Positions 1 through 8,131 of a DNA stretch of 21,304 nt are shown one piece after another. Each line of letters starts with the position of its first letter. Position 1 is the stretch's first letter. Source of the stretch: a virus (lineage: Duplodnaviria; Heunggongvirae; Uroviricota; Caudoviricetes); the IMG/VR virus record IMGVR_UViG_2778261461_000001, positions 1 to 21,304 of that record. One strand, given 5' to 3'. The notes beneath the pieces were generated by a model. The model searched no databases and was not told where the DNA came from. It saw only the letters and a list, made by a program, of their open reading frames with translations. Position numbers and translations under genes: made by a program.

Positions 1-525
1 CAGCTTCTCAACGGATTTATACCATGGCACTTTAAAGCCAGCATCACTGACAATGAGCGGTGTGGTGTTACTCGGTAGAATGCTCGCAAGGTCGGCTAGA
101 AATTGGTCATGAGCTTTCTTTGAACATTGCTCTGAAAGCGGGAACGCTTTCTCATAAAGAGTAACAGAACGACCGTGTAGTGCGACTGAAGCTCGCAATA
201 CCATAAGCCGTTTTTGCTCACGGATATCAGACCAGTCAACAAGTACAATGGGCATCGTATTGCCCGAACAGATAAAGCTAGCATGCCAACGGTATACAGC
301 GAGTCGCTCTTTGTGGAGGTGACGATTACCTAACAATCGGTCGATTCGTTTGATGTTATGTTTTGTTCTCGCTTTGGTTGGCAGGTTACGGCCAAGTTCG
401 GTAAGAGTGAGAGTTTTACAGTCAAGTAAGGCGTGGCAAGCCAACGTTAAGCTGTTGAGTCGTTTTAAGTGTAATTCGGGGCAGAATTGGTAAAGAGAGT
501 CGTGTAAAATATCGAGTTCGCACAT
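1..525 (-). CDS. IS10 transposase, N-terminal 175 codons (partial, continues beyond window)
   Basis: Minus-strand translation from ATG at 525 gives MCELDILHDSLYQFCPELHLKRLNSLTLACHALLDCKTLTLTELGRNLPTKARTKHNIKR..., recognised as IS10/Tn10 transposase; in frame to the window edge. Not in the ORF track because it has no stop in the window. Confidence 0.9.
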   Translation of the reverse strand, partial: MCELDILHDSLYQFCPELHLKRLNSLTLACHALLDCKTLTLTELGRNLPTKARTKHNIKRIDRLLGNRHLHKERLAVYRWHASFICSGNTMPIVLVDWSDIREQKRLMVLRASVALHGRSVTLYEKAFPLSEQCSKKAHDQFLADLASILPSNTTPLIVSDAGFKVPWYKSVEKL

Positions 526-586
526 TTTGTTGTCTGATTATTGATTTTTGGCGAAACCATTTGATCATATGACAAGATGTGTATCT
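518..586 (+). ncRNA. IS10 RNA-OUT antisense RNA (approximate bounds)
   Basis: Position inferred from the known IS10 layout (pOUT reading outward across the transposase start); sequence ttcgcacattttgttgtctgattattgatttttggcgaaaccatttgatcatatgacaagatgtgtatc resembles RNA-OUT from memory. Bounds are not verified. Confidence 0.45.
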
Positions 587-1119
587 ACCTTAACTTAATG
601 ATTTTGATAAAAATCATTAGGGGATTCATCAGTGCTTGGCAGGCATAATAAGAGGCAATAGAGTAAAAATCCCGAAAGAACAAGATATGCCATGTACGCT
701 TCAATTAACGATGATATATGTCGGCATCACCTTTTTCCTAATTGTCGGTTATATCTGCCATCAAATAACTTAGAACTGATTTAGAATTGAATTTGATAAA
801 GCTTACTACAAAGTAGTTTTGTCAATGTTCAACCTGTTTATCAAACCTACGGTGACTTTTTATGACTGGGAATGGTATCAATACTGTACGCATAAACAAC
901 GAAGTGAAACACATCTCAGAGTTAGATCCGGAGATCTCTTTTTCTTGAATGGAATAAACTGAAAAGTGAAAATAACGAACTGTATCGCTGCATAAAGGAA
1001 GCAAATTCTGGTTGGCGTGGTTTTGTCCTTCGTTTAATAGGGGTTTATCTACCTGATGGCAAAACAATTGTCATTAAACCCTAGATTATTTGAATATTCC
1101 TAAACATAGGCTTAATAAG

Positions 1120-1143
1120 AAAAGCCACTGAAAAGTGGCTTTT
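1120..1143 (-). terminator. Rho-independent terminator downstream of the H-NS-like ORF
   Basis: Perfect hairpin AGCCACT-gaaa-AGTGGCT; on the minus strand it is followed by TTTTCTTATT, 30 bp after the stop at 1175. Confidence 0.5.
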
Positions 1144-1174
1144 GAACTGAGCTGTTCGCGATTTTAATTTCAAC

Positions 1175-1933
1175 TTAGATGAGGAAATCATCCAGTGTTT
1201 TACCGGCTTCAAGTTGTTCGGCCAGTGCTTTAGGGGTACGCCCCTGGCCAGTCCAGGTTTTCGTTTCACCATTAACATCAGTGTATTTATATTTCGCAGG
1301 GCGCGGTTCGCGAACTTTTTTAGGTGCTCCGGACTTTGCAGAGAAAGAACTCAGTAACTCTTCAGGGTCAATTCCATCTTCAAGCATTAATTGACGCAGG
1401 GATTCAATCTTCTCCAGACGCGCTTTCAGCTCAGCTTCTTTTGAAGATTCTTCCTGACGTCGTTCTTCAATATTTGTATCAACCTGAACCTTCTGTATCT
1501 GCTGGATCGCTGCACTCTGGTCTTCCAGTTTCTTATTGACGGTCTGTGTGATTTCATTGCTGACATCCGTAATGGACGTCCTGATTTCAGCCAGGTCAGG
1601 CGCAAGCTGACCGTTATCAATCTGCGTCCACAGCTCCTGAGCCAGATGGGTTTTCCCTATCTCGCCTTTGAAAAAATCCAGATAGCCGGATGCATCATCA
1701 CTCGGCTGACCAACAGCCTCCACGAATGCCGATTTGCCAACGGTGTTCACACTGCGGATATAAAAGTAATAATCATGGCCCGGTTTGATATTGATACTGG
1801 CGGCTATCCAGTACAGCGCCGTACCAAGATAGCTGCTGCTCCCCAAGCCACACAGGAGGCTCATTATCTCCGGCCATACGCGCATCATGTTCCTGCCATT
1901 GTTTCGCGTGTGCCCAGGCATCACTACCCGCAA
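1175..1933 (-). CDS. Chimeric ORF: lambdoid host-specificity protein J internal fragment fused in frame to an H-NS/StpA-family C-terminal region (probable recombination product, possibly pseudogene)
   Basis: Residues about 35-105 ([41 protein letters not shown]...LDFFKG) match the lambda J C-terminal region; residues about 155-252 (IEERRQEES...[13 protein letters not shown]...[24 protein letters not shown]...LDDFLI) match the H-NS/StpA linker and DNA-binding domain including the TWTGQGRTP motif. The annotated start is TTG and there is no ATG near the H-NS-like part. Confidence 0.55.
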   Translation of the reverse strand: MRVVMPGHTRNNGRNMMRVWPEIMSLLCGLGSSSYLGTALYWIAASINIKPGHDYYFYIRSVNTVGKSAFVEAVGQPSDDASGYLDFFKGEIGKTHLAQELWTQIDNGQLAPDLAEIRTSITDVSNEITQTVNKKLEDQSAAIQQIQKVQVDTNIEERRQEESSKEAELKARLEKIESLRQLMLEDGIDPEELLSSFSAKSGAPKKVREPRPAKYKYTDVNGETKTWTGQGRTPKALAEQLEAGKTLDDFLI

Positions 1934-2003
1934 AAATAATGACTTCTGTTCCTTTGTGTTTTATGCCGCGTGACTGCTGTTTTACGTTCGGTGCCAGTTT
2001 CAT
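1773..2003 (-). CDS. Hypothetical small protein (76 aa); 3' end reads J-derived DNA out of frame, so likely truncated by the insert/J junction near 1831
   Basis: ATG at 2003 overlaps the upstream stop (ATGA) and is preceded by AGAGG; the C-terminal about 20 codons overlap J-homologous DNA in another frame. Confidence 0.4.
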   Translation of the reverse strand: MKLAPNVKQQSRGIKHKGTEVIIFAGSDAWAHAKQWQEHDARMAGDNEPPVWLGEQQLSWYGAVLDSRQYQYQTGP

Positions 2004-2299
2004 TTTTTACCTCTGAATCCGTTAATCATGGTTTTCATTTTCTGGATATTTCCCCACGCTTTTTCCCTGCTGATGGGCTTACTGCGGGGTGCGGCATATA
2101 CCAGGGAAAAATCACGCCGGAACTGATAAACAGGCATCACGCAGTCATAGCTATACCCCTCACGGCGGTAAGTGATGCGCCGTTCTGCCACGCCTTTAAT
2201 CGTTACCGTGCCGCCGTATTTATCGCGGTAAATATCGCCGTTCATAAATTCAGTTCGAGCGGGGCCGCTGGCAATAAAGCCAGAATTTTTCATTTCCAT
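2000..2299 (-). CDS. Hypothetical small protein (99 aa), fourth gene of small-protein operon
   Basis: ATG with GAGGA 10 nt upstream; ATGA stop/start overlap with the downstream gene; no family recognised. Confidence 0.5.
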   Translation of the reverse strand: MEMKNSGFIASGPARTEFMNGDIYRDKYGGTVTIKGVAERRITYRREGYSYDCVMPVYQFRRDFSLVYAAPRSKPISREKAWGNIQKMKTMINGFRGKK

Positions 2300-2316
2300 A
2301 TTATTTATTCCTCGAC

Positions 2317-2538
2317 TTAACTCGACTTATTTGATAGCAGGGCACTATTTATTGCGTCATTGAGTTTTTCTGCTGATTCATCAATAAGTGACAACAGGCC
2401 ATAAGCAATATTTGCATCTTCATTGTCATTTATGCAATCAAGCCACATATTTAATATTGCTTTTGCTGAATTATTTAAAGTTAATGAACTTTCTGCACAT
2501 GCTAACAATTTAAAAAAGACTTCCCGTTCTGTATTCAT
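2317..2538 (-). CDS. Hypothetical acidic small protein (73 aa), third gene of operon
   Basis: ATG immediately follows the upstream stop at 2539-2541; GGGGGA upstream; predicted helical and acidic; no family recognised. Confidence 0.5.
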   Translation of the reverse strand: MNTEREVFFKLLACAESSLTLNNSAKAILNMWLDCINDNEDANIAYGLLSLIDESAEKLNDAINSALLSNKSS

Positions 2539-2730
2539 TTAATCCCCCACCAGCTTACTTTCTTCCTCAATCAAAAAACTAGCGACACTTCCCGAAAGAC
2601 GCGCCAGTAGGCTCGCCAGTGCGGATATATCAGCATCTGTAATTTTGTTCGGGTATACCTCAAGAAGGCGGCAAATAATTTCTGTCTGGTGCGCACGTTC
2701 AGCGGCTTCGTGTAATGTAATTTCCTGCAT
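2539..2730 (-). CDS. Hypothetical small protein (63 aa), second gene of operon
   Basis: TAATG stop/start overlap with the upstream gene; GAGGTG upstream. Confidence 0.5.
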   Translation of the reverse strand: MQEITLHEAAERAHQTEIICRLLEVYPNKITDADISALASLLARLSGSVASFLIEEESKLVGD

Positions 2731-2915
2731 TAATGCACCTCTTTTAATTCATACATTGCTGAAATAATGACTTGTGATAAGCCATATTCTGATGATTCGC
2801 TTCTCACCGCAGCAATAGCCGTCTGAACATTAACAGCCTTCACATTCTGAGCGATACCAATTGTGTGGCCTATTGGGTTAACAGCTCGGGCAAATACACG
2901 GAAGGTTTTAAGCAT
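2730..2915 (-). CDS. Hypothetical small protein (61 aa), first gene of operon
   Basis: ATG at 2915 with GGGAG 7 nt upstream; lies directly downstream of the divergent regulatory region. Confidence 0.5.
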   Translation of the reverse strand: MLKTFRVFARAVNPIGHTIGIAQNVKAVNVQTAIAAVRSESSEYGLSQVIISAMYELKEVH

Positions 2916-3194
2916 GACTCACTCCCTGGCGGATTTTTGCAGCGAATACAGCAACACAACCGGACGGGCAACGGCTACGCGCTTCGCGTTCCGTCCAGGC
3001 GGTTACGTGGATGATTTGAGATTCTCCGGCACTCAGTGCCAGAAAACGCCACACAAAGGCCGTTTGTGTGTGTACAAGGTGTGGTATATGATTTACAGCA
3101 ACCATAACGGCTCCTAGTTTACGTTGTTGGTTAGACGCCCCGTATGTGTTCCCAGCACTGCGGGGCGTTGCTCTTTGTATTTCAACAATCCTTT

Positions 3195-3275
3195 CGGTGT
3201 GTTTCATGTTATGAGCGCATGAAACACACGTCAAGGCTTTTTGTATTTCTTTTTTTGTGTATACTGAAACACACC
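3195..3275. promoter_or_regulatory. Putative operator/promoter region between the RHH regulator gene and the small-protein operon
   Basis: Inverted repeat GTGTGTTTCATG (3197-3208) - 9 bp - CATGAAACACAC (3218-3229), with a third half-site TGAAACACAC at 3265-3274 overlapping a TATACT -10-like hexamer (3260-3265) about 30 bp upstream of the RHH start. Confidence 0.4.
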
Positions 3276-3295
3276 GATGATTAGGAGTTTCAGAA

Positions 3296-3601
3296 ATGGC
3301 AACGGCTAACAAAAACGCAAAATCACAACTGACAACTGTCAGAGTCCCACTAGATGTTATGCAAGGGATGGAATCCGTTAAGCTGGACGGTGAAAGCAAT
3401 GCCGGATTTATCGTAACCGCCATGCGCGGAGAAATAGCCCGCCGCCAAGCAGAAGGCAGCGGAGAAAATCCCCTTGTGTCGTCACTGGATGCCCTGGCTA
3501 AGGTCGAACAAATCGGCATCAAAGCAGCCGAGGAGATCGGGCAACTCGTCACCGTCGCGCGTGAAGAACTCCAGCGACGCAAGGTCAAAGAGCATGAATA
3601 G
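3296..3601 (+). CDS. Putative ribbon-helix-helix (Arc/CopG-like) transcriptional regulator (101 aa)
   Basis: AGGAG 8 nt upstream of the ATG; N-terminus (TTVRVPLDVMQGMESV...AGFIVTAMRGEIARRQ) has a beta-strand then two helices typical of RHH; sits beside the palindromic operator. Confidence 0.55.
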   Translation: MATANKNAKSQLTTVRVPLDVMQGMESVKLDGESNAGFIVTAMRGEIARRQAEGSGENPLVSSLDALAKVEQIGIKAAEEIGQLVTVAREELQRRKVKEHE

Positions 3602-3658
3602 CCAATATCAGCGCCATAGTTTGAGGAACGCAGGCGCATTGCTTTACAGGACAGCACC

Positions 3659-3838
3659 ATGAGCGACACAGAATCAACCAAAACACCATCACCAACTCGT
3701 AAGAGACGACGCAAAAATATAGCGCATGAACATGAATCAGAAAGATTCGCACCTTGTTCGTTTGCTCTTGAGAAATTCCTTAAAGAGCACAGGAAAAAGC
3801 TCTCGTTGCAAACCTTGGAACGAACCAAATCTGACTGA
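3659..3838 (+). CDS. Hypothetical basic small protein (59 aa); below the ORF-track length cutoff
   Basis: ATG at 3659 with AGGA 7 nt upstream, 57 bp after the RHH gene and followed by a terminator; translation MSDTESTKTPSPTRKRRRKNIAHEHESERFAPCSFALEKFLKEHRKKLSLQTLERTKSD. Confidence 0.3.
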   Translation: MSDTESTKTPSPTRKRRRKNIAHEHESERFAPCSFALEKFLKEHRKKLSLQTLERTKSD

Positions 3839-3904
3839 TCACATTGCCCACCAGCCGCAAATGTGGCATTGTTGGTGATGCTTTTGTTTTCCCTTGTTCC
3901 CACT

Positions 3905-3936
3905 GGCGACCCTTTTGCGGTCGCCTTTGTTTTGTC
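3905..3936 (+). terminator. Rho-independent terminator for the plus-strand RHH/59-aa unit
   Basis: GGCGACC-cttttgc-GGTCGCC hairpin followed by TTTGTTTTGT. Confidence 0.5.
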
Positions 3937-4513
3937 ACTGAATGCGGTTACCAAAGTAAAACTCAGGCTGATATTCACGTATCAGCGTTTTTTCTTCTTC
4001 CTCCAGCTCACGCTTTTTGCGCTTACATGCCTGTAGCTCCCTCCCCTTCTCGCTGGCACTTATTTGATATTGCTCTTTACGGCGGGAAAAATCCTGTAAT
4101 GCACCCCACGGGATACCATAAGTCCCCGTTTTTCTGATACCTGGTATCACATTTCTGAATACCCAGTTACTGAAACGATGAGCAAATGTGCCAGGCGTCG
4201 TTGCTTTGCGGCTGCGGGCTATTAGTTTGTAGAAACCTGACTCAGAGATAATTCTCATATTCTGATTTCCTCCTGGGGTGTAAGTTAAATTTACTCCCTT
4301 TTCATCATCATCAAGCATCTGCAACGCCGTACGCGAATTGGTTAGTTCCAGCGCAGCACAAACATCTTTTGCAACAAACCACGGATCGCCGTTCAGATAC
4401 ACCACACGAACGTTCACACTATCAAAGCGCAGAACGACGAGATCACGAATATCGCAGAATTTTTTCACTGGACGAGCGTACCCCTTGCCCGTCACGGCAA
4501 TATTTTTATTCAT
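3935..4513 (-). CDS. Bro-N domain protein (phage antirepressor-like), 192 aa
   Basis: N-terminal region (FDSVNVRVVYLNGDPWFVAKDVCAALEL) is a recognisable Bro-N/antirepressor-type motif; C-terminus is charged and coiled-coil-like. Confidence 0.7.
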   Translation of the reverse strand: MNKNIAVTGKGYARPVKKFCDIRDLVVLRFDSVNVRVVYLNGDPWFVAKDVCAALELTNSRTALQMLDDDEKGVNLTYTPGGNQNMRIISESGFYKLIARSRKATTPGTFAHRFSNWVFRNVIPGIRKTGTYGIPWGALQDFSRRKEQYQISASEKGRELQACKRKKRELEEEEKTLIREYQPEFYFGNRIQ

Positions 4514-4531
4514 CGCGTTTTTACCTTATAG

Positions 4532-4556
4532 ACAAAAAACCCCTCGTGATGAGGGG
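4532..4556 (-). terminator. Hairpin with T-run after alpA (terminator or attenuator)
   Basis: CCCCTC-gtgat-GAGGGG followed on the minus strand by TTTTTTGT, 14 bp after the alpA stop and about 20 bp before the Bro-N start. Confidence 0.4.
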
Positions 4557-4569
4557 CATTATTTACTGG

Positions 4570-4827
4570 TTATTGCTGTTTTGTTTTTCCAGGTTTCCAT
4601 CCAGGATGCCACTCACCACGGATCCATGCCTGAACCTCTGAAAGTCGATACCCTGCAGCACGTTCACCGATCTTGATACGTCGCGGGAATTTACCTGCCT
4701 GCTCCATTTTCCAGCGTGTTGAGTTTGCCAGCGTGGTAAGTGCTATGCACTCTTTTTCACGAATGAACCGATCAATGTCCTTCATTGTGCGCAAATCGTT
4801 TTCATCAACAAGAGAATAAATTGCCAT
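4570..4827 (-). CDS. alpA: AlpA-family transcriptional regulator / excisionase-like protein (85 aa)
   Basis: Sequence (...GKFPRRIKIGERAAGYRLSEVQAWIRGEW...) matches the AlpA/Vis-type HTH family; start is 1 nt after the integrase stop, GAGGTGG upstream. Confidence 0.8.
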   Translation of the reverse strand: MAIYSLVDENDLRTMKDIDRFIREKECIALTTLANSTRWKMEQAGKFPRRIKIGERAAGYRLSEVQAWIRGEWHPGWKPGKTKQQ

Positions 4828-4828
4828 A

Positions 4829-6070
4829 TCACACCACCTCTTTATTAAGCTCGATAACGTTGTTGTTAAATCCTGCTATCGTATTAAGGTAATTAACCCA
4901 CATATTAAGCACCTCAAGTTTTTTCTTTATATGCCTGCTTTTATTGTAAACACCAGCAACCCCTTTCACTTTATGACCTAAAAGAAGTTCGACAATATAA
5001 GGATCCGCCCCCATATCATTAAGCGTAGTGGAAAATGTGCGCCTGAAATCATGTATGCACCACAAGCCATTAGTATCATGACCAAGACGCCTGCATATTC
5101 TGTTTGCAGCCCCTGTTATTGTCGCCCTTTGCAAAGCACAACCGACAACATAACCGCGATTTTTTGTTTCTGCGTAAAGATTAACGATCCATTGTTTTAT
5201 TCCGTCAGGAACAGGCCTTACTATAGCCTCCTTGTTTTTGCTGTGCTCTTTTGGGACTGTCCATACCCAGTTTTTTAAATCCCATTCGTCCCAGGTGGAT
5301 AGCCTCGCCTCCTGCTGTCGGCAACCAAACACCAGGCAGATAACCATTATTCTTCGGTTATATATTGATGACAGAGTTAGCAAATTATTACCGTAAGCAT
5401 AAGACCATACATCAGCGGTTTCATTGATATTAAGAACGCGATCCCTTATACCGGATGAGCGCCCGACATAACTTACGTTAATATCTCCAAAGGGATCGCA
5501 CGCGATGTATTGCCTGACGCGACAAAAACGCAACGCCTGTTTGATATCAAGAAAAATTGCACCAGACATAACAGGCGCATTTTTTTTGATCCTGTCAAAG
5601 ACGGTAAGCCATGTGTGTAATTTGCACTGTTCTATAGCCATATCACCGATATAGGGGAAGATATGCTTTTCAAATCGTTTTATTAAATATTCATGCTCTT
5701 TTCTGGCTGTTGTGGCGTGATTGTCGTACCAGTAAAACAGCGCATCCCTTACGGTCACTGGTTGCATAGTTTTTTCGGCAGCAAGTTTTATTTGCCTGCG
5801 GGGGTCCAGATTTTCAGCCAGCCATTCACGGCACTGATCACGCATGCGCCTGGCCGTTGCAAGAGACATGTCAGGATAGCGACCAAGTGTAAGCCATACC
5901 GGAGGGGATTCCCTGCCACCAAGACGATAGTAAAAAACAAAGCTGATCCCCCCAACCATGCTTACACGCACAGACAACCCGCGCCCATCCGCTATTGTTT
6001 TTTGTTTGTCCTGCCGTTTTCCGACAAGACTCTTTAACAGTTTGTCACTGAGTTTGTTTTCAATAGCCAT
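4829..6070 (-). CDS. int: Tyrosine recombinase (P4/CP4-57-type integrase with N-terminal arm-binding domain), 413 aa
   Basis: N-terminal DUF4102-like arm-binding region (GRGLSVRV...FYYRLGGRE...LTLGRYPDMSLATAR) and C-terminal catalytic motifs (HDFRRT, LLGHK, GVYNKSRH); GAGGG upstream of the ATG. Confidence 0.85.
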   Translation of the reverse strand: MAIENKLSDKLLKSLVGKRQDKQKTIADGRGLSVRVSMVGGISFVFYYRLGGRESPPVWLTLGRYPDMSLATARRMRDQCREWLAENLDPRRQIKLAAEKTMQPVTVRDALFYWYDNHATTARKEHEYLIKRFEKHIFPYIGDMAIEQCKLHTWLTVFDRIKKNAPVMSGAIFLDIKQALRFCRVRQYIACDPFGDINVSYVGRSSGIRDRVLNINETADVWSYAYGNNLLTLSSIYNRRIMVICLVFGCRQQEARLSTWDEWDLKNWVWTVPKEHSKNKEAIVRPVPDGIKQWIVNLYAETKNRGYVVGCALQRATITGAANRICRRLGHDTNGLWCIHDFRRTFSTTLNDMGADPYIVELLLGHKVKGVAGVYNKSRHIKKKLEVLNMWVNYLNTIAGFNNNVIELNKEVV

Positions 6071-6086
6071 TAAAAGCCCTCAAGAG

Positions 6087-6142
6087 ATTTGCAATACACA
6101 CCCATCCCGATCGCCAATTTGCAATACACATTGCAATACACA
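6087..6142. repeat. Three direct repeats of TTGCAATACACA upstream of the integrase start (candidate arm-type or regulator binding sites)
   Basis: Copies at 6089-6100, 6119-6130 and 6131-6142, 20-70 bp upstream of int. Confidence 0.5.
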
Positions 6143-6270
6143 AAACCGCGAAAAACTGGAAGGGTGATGAACGGTCATCAAAAGCATGGAAAACGACATT
6201 CCAGACGCAGCAAGGGTTTCAGTGGAGTTGGCGAACGATGCGGGCAACTACGGTGAGATGATAGACATAA

Positions 6271-7303
<1,033 letters not shown>

Positions 7304-7954
7304 TCATCCTCTCCGGATAAGGCACGGGCGTAATCTGCCAGTGTTTTCTTGTTGGTTGCTGCACCATCCTCTTCCTGCAGGCTCGCCAGCAGTGCACTGA
7401 GATCCAGCTGCCAGCGGGAAATACTGATGCGCAGCGCCGCCAGCGCATATCAGTTCATCCAGCGCGGCTGCTTTGTTCATGGCTTTGATAATATCCCGTT
7501 TCAGGAAATCAACATGTCGGTTTTCCAGTTCCGGAAAACGCCGCTGCACCGACAGGGGGAGCCCGTCGAGAATACTGGCAATTTCACCTGCGATCCGCGA
7601 CAACACGAAAGTACAGAATGCGGTTTCCACCACTTCAGCGGAGTCTCTGGCATTCTTCAGTTCCTGTGCGTCGGCCTGCGCACGCGTAAGTCGATGGCGT
7701 TCGTACTCAATAGTCCCTGGCTGGAGATCTGCCTCGCTGGCCTGGCGCAGTTCTTCAACCTCCCGGCGCAGCTTTTCGTTCTCAATTTCAGCATCCCTTT
7801 CGGCATACCATTTTATAACGGCGGCAGAGTCATAAAGCACCTCATTACCCTTGCCACCGCCTCGCAGAACGGGCATTCCCTGTTCCTGCCAGTTCTGAAT
7901 GGTACGGATACTCGCACCGAAAATGTCAGCCAGCTGCTTTTTGTTGACTTCCAT
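7304..7954 (-). pseudogene. nu1: Terminase small subunit Nu1 fused to the 3' end of terminase large subunit gene A (internal deletion of nearly all of A)
   Basis: Matches lambda Nu1 up to ...AAALDELI (junction about 7447-7451); downstream DNA corresponds to the last about 50 codons of A read out of frame. Confidence 0.8.
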
Positions 7955-8131
7955 TGTTCATTCCACGGCCAAAAACAGAGAAAGGAAACGACAAAGGCCC
8001 AAAAGTTCGTTTTCAGCACCTGTCGTTTCCTTTCTTTTCAGGGGGTATTTTAAATAAAAACATTAAGTTACGACGAAGAAGAACGGAAACGCCTTAAACC
8101 GGAAAATTTTCATAAATAGCGAAAACCCGCG

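Larger units (their letters stand above)
1..632 (-). mobile_element. IS10 (partial, runs off left edge); outside end at 632
   Basis: Terminal sequence at 610-632 is the reverse complement of the IS10 outside end CTGATGAATCCCCTAATGATTTT; transposase ATG lies 107 bp inside the end as in IS10. Confidence 0.9.

Noticed and set aside
822-1278. 81-aa and 65-aa minus-strand ORFs in the AT-rich region next to IS10 and across the terminator
   Set aside because: No RBS, AT-rich context, and one crosses the hairpin terminator at 1120-1143; more likely non-coding.
2908-3978. 356-aa minus-strand ORF spanning the divergent regulatory region, RHH gene and terminator
   Set aside because: Low-complexity Ser/Ala/Thr/Arg-rich translation, no RBS, antisense to the better supported RHH gene and crossing an obvious promoter/operator region; likely a chance open frame.
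4338-4676. 112-aa and 90-aa plus-strand ORFs overlapping the Bro-N and alpA genes
   Set aside because: Antisense to two genes with recognisable domains and good RBSs, and they cross the alpA terminator hairpin.
6087-6142. Possibility that the short direct repeats (here and at 2311-2329) are a CRISPR array
   Set aside because: Only two or three copies of 10-12 bp with no regular spacers of CRISPR size and no cas genes; they are regulatory or arm-type repeats instead.
7349-8053. 234-aa plus-strand ORF and several 60-150-aa ORFs (6338-7448) overlapping lambda B, W and Nu1
   Set aside because: They are antisense or alternate frames of genes whose translations match lambda proteins; typical shadow ORFs in GC-rich coding DNA.
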